DNA of 64,000 bases from Paragordius varius (lineage: Eukaryota > Animalia > Nematomorpha), in NCBI GenBank assembly GCA_964247055.1, contig OZ176059.1, positions 744,001 through 808,000 on the forward strand, in the 5' to 3' direction. The notes under the pieces were generated by a model. The model saw only the letters and a list, made by a program, of their open reading frames with translations. It was not told the origin of the DNA and did no database searches. Below, one piece after another: positions 1 to 14,400 of this stretch. A program made the translations under genes and the position numbers. Every line of letters begins with the position of its first letter. The stretch's first letter is position 1.

Positions 1-129
1 ATTGGGAGAAAACCACGATCTACACATACAGTTGATATAAAAATAAAATATATATCAAGTCTTAGCTGGTAGGATGAGCCAAGTTTTTAAGGGATTATTT
101 ACATTTTTAATTAAGACCGGAAATCTAAC

Positions 130-427
130 TACAGAAATAAAGCCTAAATCAAACATCCTGGAGATTATTTTAAAAAGAAAGTTAACATATTTTGGTCATG
201 TCATGCGATCGAATTCTCAAGAGAAAGATACAATGTTTGGAAAGATAGAAGGACAAAGGAAACAAGGCCGACCACCGATGAGGTGGTTGGATATGATAAA
301 AGAGGAGACTAAAATGACATTAAACGAACTCAATCTAGCGGTGAAAGATAGAAGAAAATGGAAAAAATAGTTAAAATTATATCCAAAAAGTCGTTTACGA
401 CTTAGGAATAACCAACCAACCAACCAT
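130..427 (+). mobile_element. 5'-truncated 3' end of an RTE-clade non-LTR retrotransposon (LINE)
   Basis: ORF 74..370 contains RKLTYFGHVMR...GKIEGQRKQGRPPMRWLD, typical of RTE ORF2 C-termini. It is followed by a short 3' UTR and an (AACC)n tail at about 411-427. No RT core, no TSD found, left boundary approximate. Confidence 0.8.
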
Positions 428-2070
428 AATGGGCTATTTGCCTGTTATAGCGATTTAAAAAATTAAAGAAAAAAAGGCTGGGAAAAAGTTAGAGATGAGG
501 ATTTTTTTACATTTTTAGATTTGTTTAATATTTTTGTATAATGCGCTCATAAGGCTAATGAAAGCATATTTTTTAATTCTTAATATTTTGAATACTTTTT
601 AAAATATTTTCAAATCGCAGAGATAAAAAATTTTACCAAAAAGTATGAACTGTTAACAATGTTTTTTTACCATTTTATGGCATTTTTTCCATATAAATAA
701 CTTAAACGCATTTAGAGTGTTCAACAAAAATAATACCTGATAAAATAGATATATCCGTATATGAGAATGCACCCGATTATAATGAGATTTTTGGAAACTG
801 GCACATTCGGATTATTAATAAAAATTTAGGTGGCTAAATACTTCACTCCAAAAAATATCATTAAATTTTTAATATATAATATAATACATATAAGGAAGAA
901 AATAAAATTTTTAAATAAATTTAATTCCTAGTGTGGGCTCCAAACACTAAATTATTTGCCTAAAATGGGCTAGCACTTATAAAATAAACGCTAAAATGTT
1001 TTAATTTTGCTTTAATAATGATAGATTATCGCATCAAAAAATATTTTTAAAAATAAATGCACACTTTGTTAAGTTGATTTTTAGCAAAATTTGGTTATAG
1101 TTTACTTCATACTAATAATAACTTTTCCTAAAATAGTTCCATAATACTGTGCACTTATCAACTCAGAACTCTGATTAAAATTGTTGAATTATTATTAATC
1201 ACCCAAATTTGAAATCAAACGAACCTGCAATCAAAATTTTGAAGTGATAAAAATGTTCAGCATTGAATAACACAGCCAAAAATATCCTTATGAAAATATT
1301 ATAATAGAAAAATGTATCTGGATTATAATCGTTTTGGTTTTGTCATCGAGCGATTAAACATATTTTACATTTTTTCAGAGTGCTTCATTAGAGAATATGG
1401 CGAAATTTGCGCCATTTTTTTGATTTATAGATAAAAATTGCTTTATTTCACAATTATCACAAAAAATAAATATATAAAAAGCAAGCGATTATTTAAGATA
1501 AATTTTAATGCTCTGATAACTACCCATATAATTTAATAAAAAAATACATTATTAAATTTTGGAAATTCATCCATACAAATAAAATTTAATGTGATCTGTT
1601 GTTTAAACAAATTAAATATTTCATCAAATATTATTATATTTTTATTTTCACAACTACTAGATTTTCTTCTCTCTCTCAAATACTACCTTTAAATAAATAT
1701 ATAATTAAATGTATAAATTATTTATTTTTGACGGCACGACATATATTAAAAACAAAATTAATAATTTATTATATTGGTTTTCGTTTGGATTTCTTTACAT
1801 CCATTTATGATACGGTTGAATAATCATAAACTATGGTTGTATCATTAACTTTGATGGTAGTAAGGATTTCTGTGCATTTATATTAAATATTTATACAGTA
1901 AAATTTATAAAGATAACTCTGAAATATGTAAATTAACGGTTTAAAAAGTTTACAAACAAACTGAAAAGAATAAGTTTTAATCTTTATTAAATATATACAC
2001 ATATAGTCATTACTGATTAATTAATTGTAATGATGCGTTTCTGTTTATTTAGAAAAATCACTGTTTTAAC

Positions 2071-2376
2071 ATGGGTCTCCAACACAAAGGGCATTGCAGG
2101 CCACATTTTTAGCTCAAAAATTTCGGCGGGCACCGCATTTGAAATATATATGGGCATTCATAAATAATTTATTAGATTGAAACATAAGGCTGCAATATGA
2201 AAACGGAATAACAATTTAACTCGTTCCTGCTATTTGGATATACTTATTTGGAAAAAATGGTCTAAAAATATTATCAATTTTACTAAAATTATTTAAGCAT
2301 GTTTTTGCAAATTATGGATTCCAAATTTTTATCAGGCAGCATACAAAGTTTCCGTGGGCCGCGTGTTGGCCACCCT
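2071..2376. mobile_element. hAT-type MITE (family H)
   Basis: Termini resembling GGGTxTCCAACAC...GTGTTGGCCACCC and the internal CCGCATTTGxAATATATATGGGCATT motif shared with five other copies in the window. Confidence 0.65.
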
Positions 2377-2492
2377 TGTTTTAAAGGGTAGATTTTAATT
2401 TTTAAGAAAATATTTGTCCAAGTTTTGTTTAGAAATTTTAAAATTATACAAAGACAAGTGCTCATATGAAAATTTAATGGCTTACACATTAT

Positions 2493-5400
2493 TTAATTGT
2501 CTACAAAAATATATATTTAATATTATCAGATAAACTGCTTGTATCCAAGACACATTTTGCCGTACAACCCCCGCAGTAATTAGCCTCACAAACGCTATTT
2601 GATGGACAAGTAATGGTATAGCAAGGATCAACAAAGCAACTCACTTTAGGGCGATCGGGTGGGCACACCGTATTGGCTGAATATGCCAATTCTTAAAATA
2701 AAAGAGTTGAAATTATAAAATGATATTACCTTAACTCAAAACAAGTTATTATTAAAAAATCAAGCCATTGTTATAACAAATATGGTTGTCACTTTTTTTA
2801 GTTTTAATGTTATGTCTTTATATATTTAAATATTTAATGTAAATAACGGTTTGCGTGGTTATAATTAATTGTAATATAAAAATATTACGAGTTTTGGCCG
2901 AACATTCTCTATTAAAAAAAATGAAGATTTAACGCATTTTTTAGATTACTTTATTAACACTTGAATACTAATTATGTGTGCATGTCTTCTTTGATAGTAG
3001 GGTACCTGAAGACTGCAGGCCTGATTAATCAGATATTTTATAAAATATGTAGTGTACGGAAACCAAATCAAAAGTTAGCCCTTAGAATACATTCATCCTA
3101 GGATCATCCAAATAATATTATTTATGTTATGGAAAAAATGAAGGCAAAAATTGAAACGGAATGACATGAGTGTAATATGTAAGCTAAATCAAAAAATAAT
3201 ACGATTTTAACCATTTTTTGTTGATATTAACACTTCGATTCAAATTGGGGTATCTAAATACCCCAGACTAAATTTGAGTTAAGATTTTTAAAAAATTACT
3301 AAATGAAACGGTCTCAATTTAAATTTATGCTTCTATCCTAACAAAAATTATATAAATATACCAAAATATCTAAATAAAATTTTGTTTGGAAAAAAAAGTT
3401 CCATGACAAACTACTTCGACGCCATTTTTATTTTACGAAATTTTTGCAAAATATCGTATCATTTAATTTTAAGGGTAAAATTAAAGCTAATTTTTTATTT
3501 AAATCACATCCAACAATGATAGAAATAGAAAAATCGACTAATTTTGTATTATTTTTCAATTTCATTGCACAAATGTCACGTTGACTAAATTTTTAGCTTT
3601 CGGTTTTAGCTTAAAATAATTAATATCAAGTATTTTTAAATAAAACTTTTTATAAATTTCGGTTTATTAATGTTATATATGTGCAAAATTTTGCAATGGT
3701 TTCGATTCCTTCATATTTTTTTAAGAATATAATTTTCACACGCCTGGGTATTTAACTAGCCCAATTTGAATCGAAGGACTAAAATGAATGTGTTGTATCC
3801 AAGTGTTGTCAAAATTAATAAAAAATCAACTTAAGTTTCAGCTATAAAAAAACGATTTTTCGTTAAAATGTTGCGAAACGGAGCCGAAATAGTTTGATAT
3901 AGAACTTTTTTTTATAAATTTTAATATTTTGTGACTAACATATAAAATAAGGGCATACTTTTAGTTAGGACCACCCACTCTGGTAGTTTTAAAACAATAT
4001 TAAATTAATGTTGTCTTGGGTATATAGTCACTTAAATTGGTATCAAAATAGTAAAAATAAAAACTTTCTTTTTGATTTTTCTATTAATAATTATAGATTA
4101 TATCGAAAAAAAAGACAAAATTATCGCTGGTAATCATAGTAAAGAGAGAAAGTCTGAAATTGTGTAACCGGTTCCGTTTCAGCCCTCTTGAAAGTTTTGA
4201 TTCATATGATTCTTTCGAGATGATTTCTTACACCATTAAAGTTAAAAGCTTGTTATTGAAATTTGGGCCATTGAATAACGAATAGATATAATTATGATTA
4301 AATCTGTCCCGATTATTGCAATAGATTTGTTAAAATGCTTTAACAAAAGTCCTAAGCTTATAAACATAATATTTGTTGTCGAATAACAAATATAAAGTTG
4401 TTATCTATAATATATTTCAAGTTTTTTAATAAATGTCAAACTTAAGACGTTTTAAATCTTATAAAGTCTATTGGATGATATTTCAACACGCATGAATAAT
4501 TTACGTATATTCAATATGAAGTGATAAAAAAAATAGTTATAAAAAATAATTATAATTATAAGGTAAACTGCTTGTATCCAAGACACATTTTGCCGTACAA
4601 CCACCGCAGTAATTAGCCTCACAAACGCTATTTGACGGACAAGTAATGGTATAGCAAGGATCAACAAAGCAACTCACTTTGGGGCGATCGGGTGGGCACA
4701 CCGTATTGGCCGAATATGCCAATTCTTAAAATAATACAGTTAAAATAATAAAATATACCTTAACTCAAAACAACTTATTATTATAAAATCATGGTTCCTT
4801 TTTTTTAACAAATATGGTTGTCACTTTTAACGTTATGTCTTTATTTAATACTTAATGTAAAATATCGATTTTCATGGCTATTATTAGTTGTAATATAAAA
4901 ATACGAATTTTAGCCTAAAATTCTCGATTTTACTAAAAAAAATGAAGTTTAAAAGTTTTATTAGATTCCCTTCTTAACACATGAATACAAATCATCTCTG
5001 CATGTCTACGTTGATAATTAGTTCATGACTGGATTACAATCAAACATATGAAACCAATTTAAAAGTTTGCACTTGGAATACATTGATGCATCAAAAAAAA
5101 GGATTAGCCAAATAATATTATTAATGTTATGGAATTCAAACAAAATGAAATGAGTTTAGTAGATAAGCTAAATCAAAAAATAATGTGATTTTAACCATTT
5201 TTTGTTGATATTAATGTCAAAACTAATAAAAAAACTTAATTTTTAGCTTTAAAAAACGATCTTTCGTTAAATATTGCAGAAAGGGCGCCGAAATAGTTTG
5301 ATATGGTATATTTTAAACTAAATTTTATTTATATATTTTGGGATCACATTTTTATGAAAATAGGGGCATATATTTAAATTAGAACCACTCTCTAGGGTTT

Positions 5401-8400
5401 TAATAATATCATTAAACGTTGTCATGGGCTATCCGGCTACCCAAAATAGTACAGAGTGTTAAAGAAAAAAACTTTGTTTTAGATTATGATATTCTCTATT
5501 ACATTATAAATGAAAAAAACAAAATTATCGCGAGCAATCATAATAAAGTAAGAAAGTCAGATATTATGGTCATAAACGGTTACATTTGAGCCTGCTTGAA
5601 AGATCTGATTCATACGAGTCTTTAAAGATGTCTCAGGCAGGTTTTCCCTAAAAATTAAGCGCTCATTATTGAATGGCCCCAAAAAATAAATAGGCATGTG
5701 GTTATTTATTTTAAATTATTTTCCTCATCCTGTCAAAAAAATATCAAAGACTAATAATTGTTAAAGTAAATGCTTTTACATAGGTCCTAAGTTTATAAAC
5801 GAAATACTTAGAATAGTAAATCTATAAAGTTTAACAAAAAAAACTATAATAAAATTCAAGTTTTTTAATAAAATATCTGTCCGACTTATGACGTTAAAAT
5901 TCTATATCATACTATTTTGACACGCATGAATAATTTCAGTAAAATCAATATGAAGTGATAAAAAAATGGTTGTAAAAAATAATTATAATTATAAGGTTAA
6001 CTGCTTGTATCCAAGACACATTTTGCCGTACATCCTCCGCAGTAATTAGCCTCACAAACGCTATTTGAAGGGCAAGTAATGGTATAGCAAGGATCAACAA
6101 AGCAACTCACTTTGGGGAGATGGGGTGGGCACACCGTATTGGCTGAATCTGCCGCCGATTCTTGAAATAAAAAAATTTGAAATGATATAATGTCATGACC
6201 TTAGCCCAAAACAACTATTTTCAAAAAAGTTTAACAAACATAGTTGTCACTATATTTAAAACGTATTGTCTTTAGTTTTTACATTGTGCCCATATAAATT
6301 TTATGATTTGCTGTAAAATATCGGTTTTATGACTATTTTAACAGGGATTACCTGGAATACTCATTGAATTTTTACGGTCCTATACCTTGGACAAAAAATA
6401 TATTTAGAAAATTATTGTTGTCAACTTTTTTGAAAAAAATTTACGGGGGAGTGGGTAAAAATAGGGTCTAGAATAAAAAAGCGAGCCGACTATGTTCGGC
6501 GCAATCGAAAAAAAAGTAATAAAAATGATATTTGAAATCGAATGCTTTAACACTTTTTCCGGAAAATTGTCACAAAGACCCGATTTAAAAAAACCGTTTG
6601 GTGGGCCCGAACTGGGGGCCTAAAGACGATGCTATTGTCGGGGTCATTTATTGAAATTAGGATTTGAATGGGTCTACCGGTTTTCCGGAAACAGATGACA
6701 AAGGCAGCATTTTTCATTTTTATAAATATATAGATTACAGGTTTTTATGCAACAATATGGATAGTTTTTTGAGAATTTTGTAAACTCCATTTTTTTGATT
6801 TCCGATTTTTTTAATTACGATTTTGTGGGATTAAATACTTTTAGGCCTGTTGTCATTATCTCGCTAACTTATGCATTGAGAAATACAATGAATGATAATA
6901 TCAAGTTTGTGGAATACGTGGATTATGTGACAAATGTTATGGAGGCGAAAGATATCCCCCTGTAACAGAACAAGTTCTCAAAACAACTTTGCTTGCCTAT
7001 GGTGGTCTATTGGTTGTACGCAAAATAAATCAACGACTGTATCCGCAAAAAAAATAAAAGATGCATAATAGAGCGAGCGAATTAATGACAACAAACCTAA
7101 AAGTATTTAATCCCACAAAACGCAAAATTTTAAAGCATATTTGCATTTTTTTCGACTAGTGAGGAGCAACGCTGAATCTTTCACCCAATTTTTAGAACGG
7201 GTTGTTAAGATCGCAGCTGAAGAAACCAAATTCAATGATTCGATTAAGGAACGTATTCGGGATGCTTTGGTCATTGGTTTACGGCAACCGCAATTGGAAA
7301 TCGACAACACATCAATAATACAAATCTTACAAAAACTATTGCATACATACAAAATATATATATTTATAATTTGCATATCTAACATCACTTCACCCTTAAG
7401 AGAAATAAAACTAGTTTGAAAGATAACATCATGTGTTGGATGTGTCGACGAATATTTGAATATGTAACAAATACAAATCATGATTAAGTTGTCGTTCGAA
7501 TAAAATTAGGGTAATTTACGAATGTGGGCCTGAAAATCTAAATATCTTAGAAATGATTGTATTGAAACTATTTCAAACATTTTCACTTATAAAACATCCA
7601 TACAGCAAAGTTTATTAAAAAGTTCCACTCTATTTTATAAATAAACGCGAAGGCAAAAATATAGACAATGTGACATGAGTGCTTTAGTTAAATTAAACTT
7701 ACTTTTATTTTATACCAATTTCTTTTGATAACGTTAAATCTGATTATAACAAAAAATATACTTAAATTTTATTAGTATATTCCAAAAACGCGAATTAGCT
7801 AAAGTCATAAAAGCAAAAATATTTAGCAAAACACTCTAACCAAAAAAAGTTACAATATGAAGGGTAGTTTTCTTATAAAAATTTTTGTCCAAATTCTGTT
7901 TACATATGTAAAATCATACGGATGGTAAAAAAAAATGGTTACAAAATTAAATTGTGTCATATAATAAAAATCACTTGCGCCCAAGACACATTTTGCCGTA
8001 CAACCACCGCAGTAATTAGCCTCACAAACGCTATTTGATGGACAAGTAATGGTTTGGCAAGGATTAACAAAGCAACTTACCTTAGGGCGATCGGGTGGGC
8101 ACACCGCATTGGTTGAATATGCCGATTCTTAACATAAAATTTAAAAATGATAATATAATAATATAACCATATTAATCTAAACAAATATTCCAAGGTTTAA
8201 CGAGTGTGGTTGCCTTTTTCAAAATGAAATATTTGTCTTTACAATACACTAAAATATGAAAAAAACCCTCTTTGATTGACTAGGCCCAAAACCAAGAGCA
8301 CCATGAGAATCATGGTACATTTTGTACAATATAAATAATTTCGTCAGGATATTTTGTGTGCAACGATTTCATTTAAAATATTATTAAAATCATGTTAATT

Positions 8401-11400
8401 ACATATTAGGCACAATATTTATTAAAAAACTTAGGCCTCTGGGCCAAATACAACAATATATTTTTTAAGTAAAAATCTCTTATGCAATTTAATGTATTTG
8501 AATTTATATTGTTTTTTGCTGGAGGTATGTTCATAAATAATTACTGGTTTGACTAAGAGAAGACATTAAAGAAAAGCGCAAGCGATAATTTGAAACAGTT
8601 CCCATCTTGTTCATTAAACATTGTACGACAAACGGACACAATCAAGTCCGCCAAAAACAAACTCCTATTTTTATCTTGTTTAGTTATCTTAAATTTTTGC
8701 CTGAAAGCAACATTTGCACACATTGCTTTTCTTAATCCATGAGTAGAAAAAGGATATTGATAGTCATCTTCGTTTTTTTGGTTTAAACATATAGTGTGAA
8801 ATGTGCTCCGTCGATTAATACACATAAAACATGGTTTTGAAGATTTAATAGCTGTGCTCACAATGTTAAAGAGAGTGAGCACACGCTGGTACGTACTGCG
8901 ATGACTATAAAGTCCAAGTTATTAAATGATGGGCAGAAGCATTAAATGTATCACAAAATACAATCAGAGAAAAGATCATTAATTTGGTAAAGGGGTCACA
9001 CACATTGATTGTGCGCCAAATCAAAAAACGCAATGTAACATGTAAACTCCTGCTTTAACTTACGAAAGAGCAATTTGCGTAACCAATATTGACACTTAGT
9101 GCATTGGATGGAGTTTAGTCCCACATTTTTTAAGCATGCGCGGCATGGGTATTTGATTCTATCAGTCCTTTTGTCTCCTGTTATCATAACCTTAGTTTTT
9201 TGGATATTGATTGTGAGACCATGTCGCTCAAGGCAGGTTTTCCAAAGTTTGAACTTTTGACTGAGTTCGTTTAGATTTTCTGACGTTAACAATAAATCAT
9301 CAGCGTAGATGAGCTTCCAAGGAAGACCAGTACGGATCTCATCACTGATAGTGCCTATTATTATGGTAAATAGAATGGGGCTAAGAACAGAACCTTGGTG
9401 TAGTCCTGTTGTGATGTGGAATGGAATTGTGTACCCGAAATGTGTGTTAACACAGGTTTTACTGTTATCATATAATAACTTTATTGCATCTATGATCCAT
9501 GTCTACTCCTTTTTTTTGAAGACACCAGAAAATAAGCGTTCGAGGGATTTTATCGAACGCTTTCTCCATGTCAATAAATAGATGGTATAATTGGCTACCT
9601 TTGGAATGATAGTTTTCTTGGAGGCGCCTTAATATAAATATGAGTCTGTTGTGCTGCGGCCTTGACGGAAGGCAAACTGCATGTTGTCAATATTAACTAT
9701 GTCCCTTATTTTCTAAGCTAAGATTGATTCAAAAACTTTCATAGTATGTTATAGTAGTTTAATTGGGCGATTGATGCGCAATTAAGTTTATTTCCTTTGT
9801 TTTTATAGATTGGAATAGTAATACTATTTTGAATCGGGCTTAAAAAATGTGGGACTAAACTCCATCCAATGCACTAAGTGTCAATACTGGTTACACAAAC
9901 CATGTTCAGGATTAATTGGAACTTTAAAAAATAATAATAATTACATATGCCCCCCATGTACTCTATCCAAACAATATATTCCACTCATAGAAGCTGAAAC
10001 CTACCTTAAAATAGGTGACAGCGAAATTCAAAAAGTACAAAAGTTTACCTACCTTGGTGATACCATTTCCGCTCAAGGAGGTTCATGTGAAGCCATCAAA
10101 AATCGCATAAGAATTGGTTGGGGTAGATACAACCAATATAAATACATATTTACCAACAAACACATATCTACAAAAACAAAAAACAAAATATACCTAATTG
10201 GCGTTAGACCTACTATAACTTATGCTTGCGAAACATGGCAAATAAGTAAAACACAGGAAAATATGCTGGATAATATGGAACAAAGAATGATAAATACATT
10301 TAAGCGAACAATCTCTCATGATAAACAAATCCTACAAATTTCAAAATATATTCAAATCCGTAGACTTGGCTATTACGGTCACATTCAAAGATTAGATAAC
10401 GATAATTGGATTAAAATTATAACAAACCTTAAGCCAAACAAACAAAACAGAGTTGGTCGTTCAGCAATTACATGGGACAAAAACATTACCCAAGACCTAC
10501 AGGCCAAAAACATAAAATCCGGGGACTTGTTAAACAAAAAATCCTTCAATGCAATGATCAAACACCTAAACCCCGTAACGACGGGATGCCAAGGGACCCC
10601 TTGACAACAGATATCTATCTATCTATCTAAAGAGCAATTTGCATCAAATTGTAACCTTTAATGGAGAGTGGATTTTTTCTGTGAATCCAAAGCGAAAAAA
10701 TCAAGGCTTTTATCTTGTCAAGCCGGCCCATCAACACCAAGGCCAAATCTCTTCGGCAAAAATCCCATGCTCGATGTCTGATGGAATCAAAGAAATCTTG
10801 TAATTTATAAACTTTGAAAGCCCGCAAATGCTTAAAATCTAACATTGCTCAAAAAATGACCGGAATGTGCCAGAATAGGCAAAATAATTGTTCTTCATGA
10901 CTATGTTCCGGCTCACACAGGAAAACCAATGACACTTTGAAATCACTTTGATAGGGAATTCTACCGTATCCGACGTTTTCTCCTAAACTGGCGACTCTTG
11001 ACATCAACATGGCATAGGATTCCAGATAAACATTTGATAATTTCGAAGACGTTGGAAAATGGCTTAAAATGTGCCGCAAAATATAATTAGGTTTTAGATA
11101 TTACCTAAGTGGGCTAAATGTATAAAATCCGCTGGACAATATTTTGATAAAATTTTAACCAAAAAACCGTTAATTATCCCCATACTAGATAAGTCTTTAG
11201 AAATATCTATGGTAAAGTTTTTATTTGAGTTGGGCGCTTGTTATTGATTTTCGAGACTAATTAGGCCCTCAGTAGTTTATTACATATAAATTAACGTATA
11301 TATTATAATCTGTCAAAAAAATTAGGAAAAGGAGTCATAATTGTAAAATTGATATAAATTTCCTTCCTAAGTCCTAATTTATAAAAATAATAGTTATTTC

Positions 11401-14400
11401 CAAAGAAAAATAAAAACAATGTCCAATATATAAACTCTAACTAATAATTTTACTATATGAGTAGGAGATATTTAACTTTTTCTGGAATTAGTCTATAACT
11501 AACTTATATTTAGATATGTAAAATCAATTAAGGCTATTGGATATAATGTGATATGCATGCATTGCTAGTTTAATCACGATGATATGATAAAATATGGTTG
11601 TAAAAATTAATTAGTGTCATATCGTAAAATCACTTGTGTTCAAGACGCATTTTGCCGTGCAACCCCCGCAATAATTAGCCTCACAAACGCTATTCGATGG
11701 ACACGTAATGAATTCGCAAGGATTAACAAAACAATTTACTTTGGGGCCGTCGGGTGGGCACACCGTATTGTCTGAATATGCTAATTCTTTAAATATAAAA
11801 ATGAAAATAAAAACAATGATATAACCTTAACCCAAAACGATTTTATGTTTATAAATTGTGCAGGTTTTAACATACATGGATGTCTTTAAATTATACATTT
11901 TGTCTTTATAATTTCAATATTTATTGTAAAATATCGGTTTCCATCGCTATTGCTAATTGTAATATAATTAAATTCTAGATTTGATCAAATATCAATATTT
12001 TTTCCGAAAAAAAGTATTTTTTAAATTCCGTTATTGACTTTAAAGTTATTTATAATAACTAATGTAGCAGAAAAACGCGATTTTGTGATTCTAGCAAAAT
12101 ATGGTAATACGGCGATATCTTTTTCAAGACAGAATAAGAAAAATAATTTTAAATTTTTTTGTGTACAGTAAAAATTAACACTTCGATTTAAATTGGGGTA
12201 TTTAAATACGCCAGACTAAATTTGAGTTAGGATTTTTAAAAAATTACTGAAGAAAACGGTCCCAATTTAAGTTTATGCTTCTATTTTATATATATCCCCC
12301 AATATCTAAATAAAATTTTGTTTTGAAAAAAAAAGTTCCATGTCAAACTACATTGACGCCATTTTTATTTTACAAAATATCGTCGTCATTTAATTTTAAG
12401 GGTAAAATTAAAGTTAATTTTTCTATAAATTACATCTAACATTGATAGAAATAGAAAAAGCGGTTTATTCTGTATTATTTTTTAATTTTACAAATCTACA
12501 CATGTCACGTTGACTAAATTTTTACCTTTCGGTTTTAGCTTAAAATAAGTATTATCAGGTATTTTTGTTTCATATATTTCGGTTTATTAATGTTTTATGG
12601 GTGCAAAATTTTGCCATGGTTTCGATTCCTTCCATATTTTTTAAGAATTTAATATTAAACAGGCCTGGGGTATTTAACTACCCCAATTTGAATCCAAGGA
12701 CCATAAGGATGTGTTGTATCTAAGTATTAAACACGGCCAAAAAGTAAAAATATCAAGACAAATATATTTACGCAAAATTTTTCCAAAATAAATTATTTAA
12801 TTAATATTGTAGGTATAATCAACTTTTTCATATCGATATACATTTCTATTTCATACTTTGCAATTTTAACCAGTGAGTTATGACTTAAAAAATCAAGATT
12901 TTAAAAGTAGGGTTGTATTTTGTAAAATAGTATTTTTGTTTACATTACGTGTTGTCCGTAAAATTCCAATTTTTATATCTAGAGTTATTACACTGTGTGC
13001 TAAAAAATTTTTAACGAAAAATTTTTTTTCATTAGATAGCTTATGACCAGCGTATTCATTTGCCGCAAAATTTTTATTTGTTGACAACCTAGTTTTTGAA
13101 TTATTGAAAGAAAATTGAAATCAGGCAAAAAGTAAAAATTAAGGAAAATTAAGGATAATTCAAAAAATAATGCTAAAATTTGAAACATTATGGTTTATTA
13201 TCAATTTAGGAGTTGTTTTCAATATATAAATAGCCTAAAATTATATAGTTAGGGTTTCTATAAAATTTCCGAAAAGATGGCGTTTTTCTTTGTCACACTT
13301 AACAAGATAAATTTAATGAAACTATATTAAAATATTTTTTTTTAATTATTTACTACCTAAACTCACTATTAAATATTAACATTCATATTTTATTCAGGAA
13401 AATAAACTTCTATATCAAAATAAAACCAAAAATATTGTTTTTTATTTTTGCATCTTTTTGTCATCTGGTTTATGGTATATAAAAAATTTATACTGTTTTA
13501 TTTTGGATTCCTACATGATTAGGAATTATTAAGTATATAATTTTTGCAAAATAGGATTTAAAAGTAGTGGAATATCAACCAAAAAATCATTACAATTCCC
13601 TCTAACAAGTCTGTTTTATGACAAATTGATATTTGTATTGGGATTTGTACGGATTGTTGGTTTATATTCCACTAATATTCAATCATATTGTGCATAAATT
13701 ATATACTTAATAATTCCTATTCATGTGAGAATCCAAAATAAAACAGTATAAATTTTTTATACACTCATAAACCAGATGACAAAAAAATGCCAAAATAAAT
13801 AACAATATTTTTGGTTTTATTTTGATATGGAAGTTTATTTTACTGAATAAAATATGAATGTTAAGATTTTAATCGTGAGTTTAGGTAGTAAATAATTAAA
13901 AAATATTATTTTAATTTAGTTTCATTAAATTTATCTTGTCTTTTAAGTGTGACAAAAGAAAAACGCCATCTTTGCTGAAATTTTATAGAAACCCTAACTG
14001 TATAATTTCAGGCTATTTATATATTAAAAACATCTCCTAAATTGATAATAAACCATAATGTTTCAAATTTTAGCATTATTTTTTGAATTATCCTTAATTA
14101 TCCTTAATTTTCACTTTTTGACTGATTTTGATTTTCTCTCAATATTTCAAACTGGTCAACAAATAAAAATTTTTGCGGCAAATGAATACGCTGGTAATAA
14201 GCTATCTCATAAAAAAAATTTTTTCGTTAAATAAAATTGATCCTCTTTTTTGCACACAGTGTTATAAATAATAGGGTTTTAGATTTGAAAATAAGAATTA
14301 TACACGATGGGTTATTGTTACAAATTTGAAATATATACTTTGGTTGCATATCATAATTTTCTGTGCGATTTAAATTGTATTATTTTTATATTTTTTTTGT

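Larger units (their letters stand above)
3830..6300. repeat. Tandemly duplicated exon+intron units (about 1.45 kb) of the Cys-module gene
   Basis: Intronic blocks at about 2700-3225, 4735-5220 and 6165-6330, and at about 3830-4560, 5240-6000 and 11200-11630, are mutually alignable with many indels, while the exons are nearly identical. Confidence 0.7.

Noticed and set aside
2692-2790. AAG|GT sites 32-40 nt upstream of each module exon, suggesting a private leader exon per copy
   Set aside because: The required frame has TAA immediately before the donor, no ATG or signal peptide is conserved, and the region is indel-rich intron homology partly derived from a MITE arm.
2501-8104. ORF-track calls 2501-2689, 4537-4722 and 7850-8104 as stand-alone small genes
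   Set aside because: They begin at TTG/GTG inside exons and run into introns. They are exons of one spliced gene.
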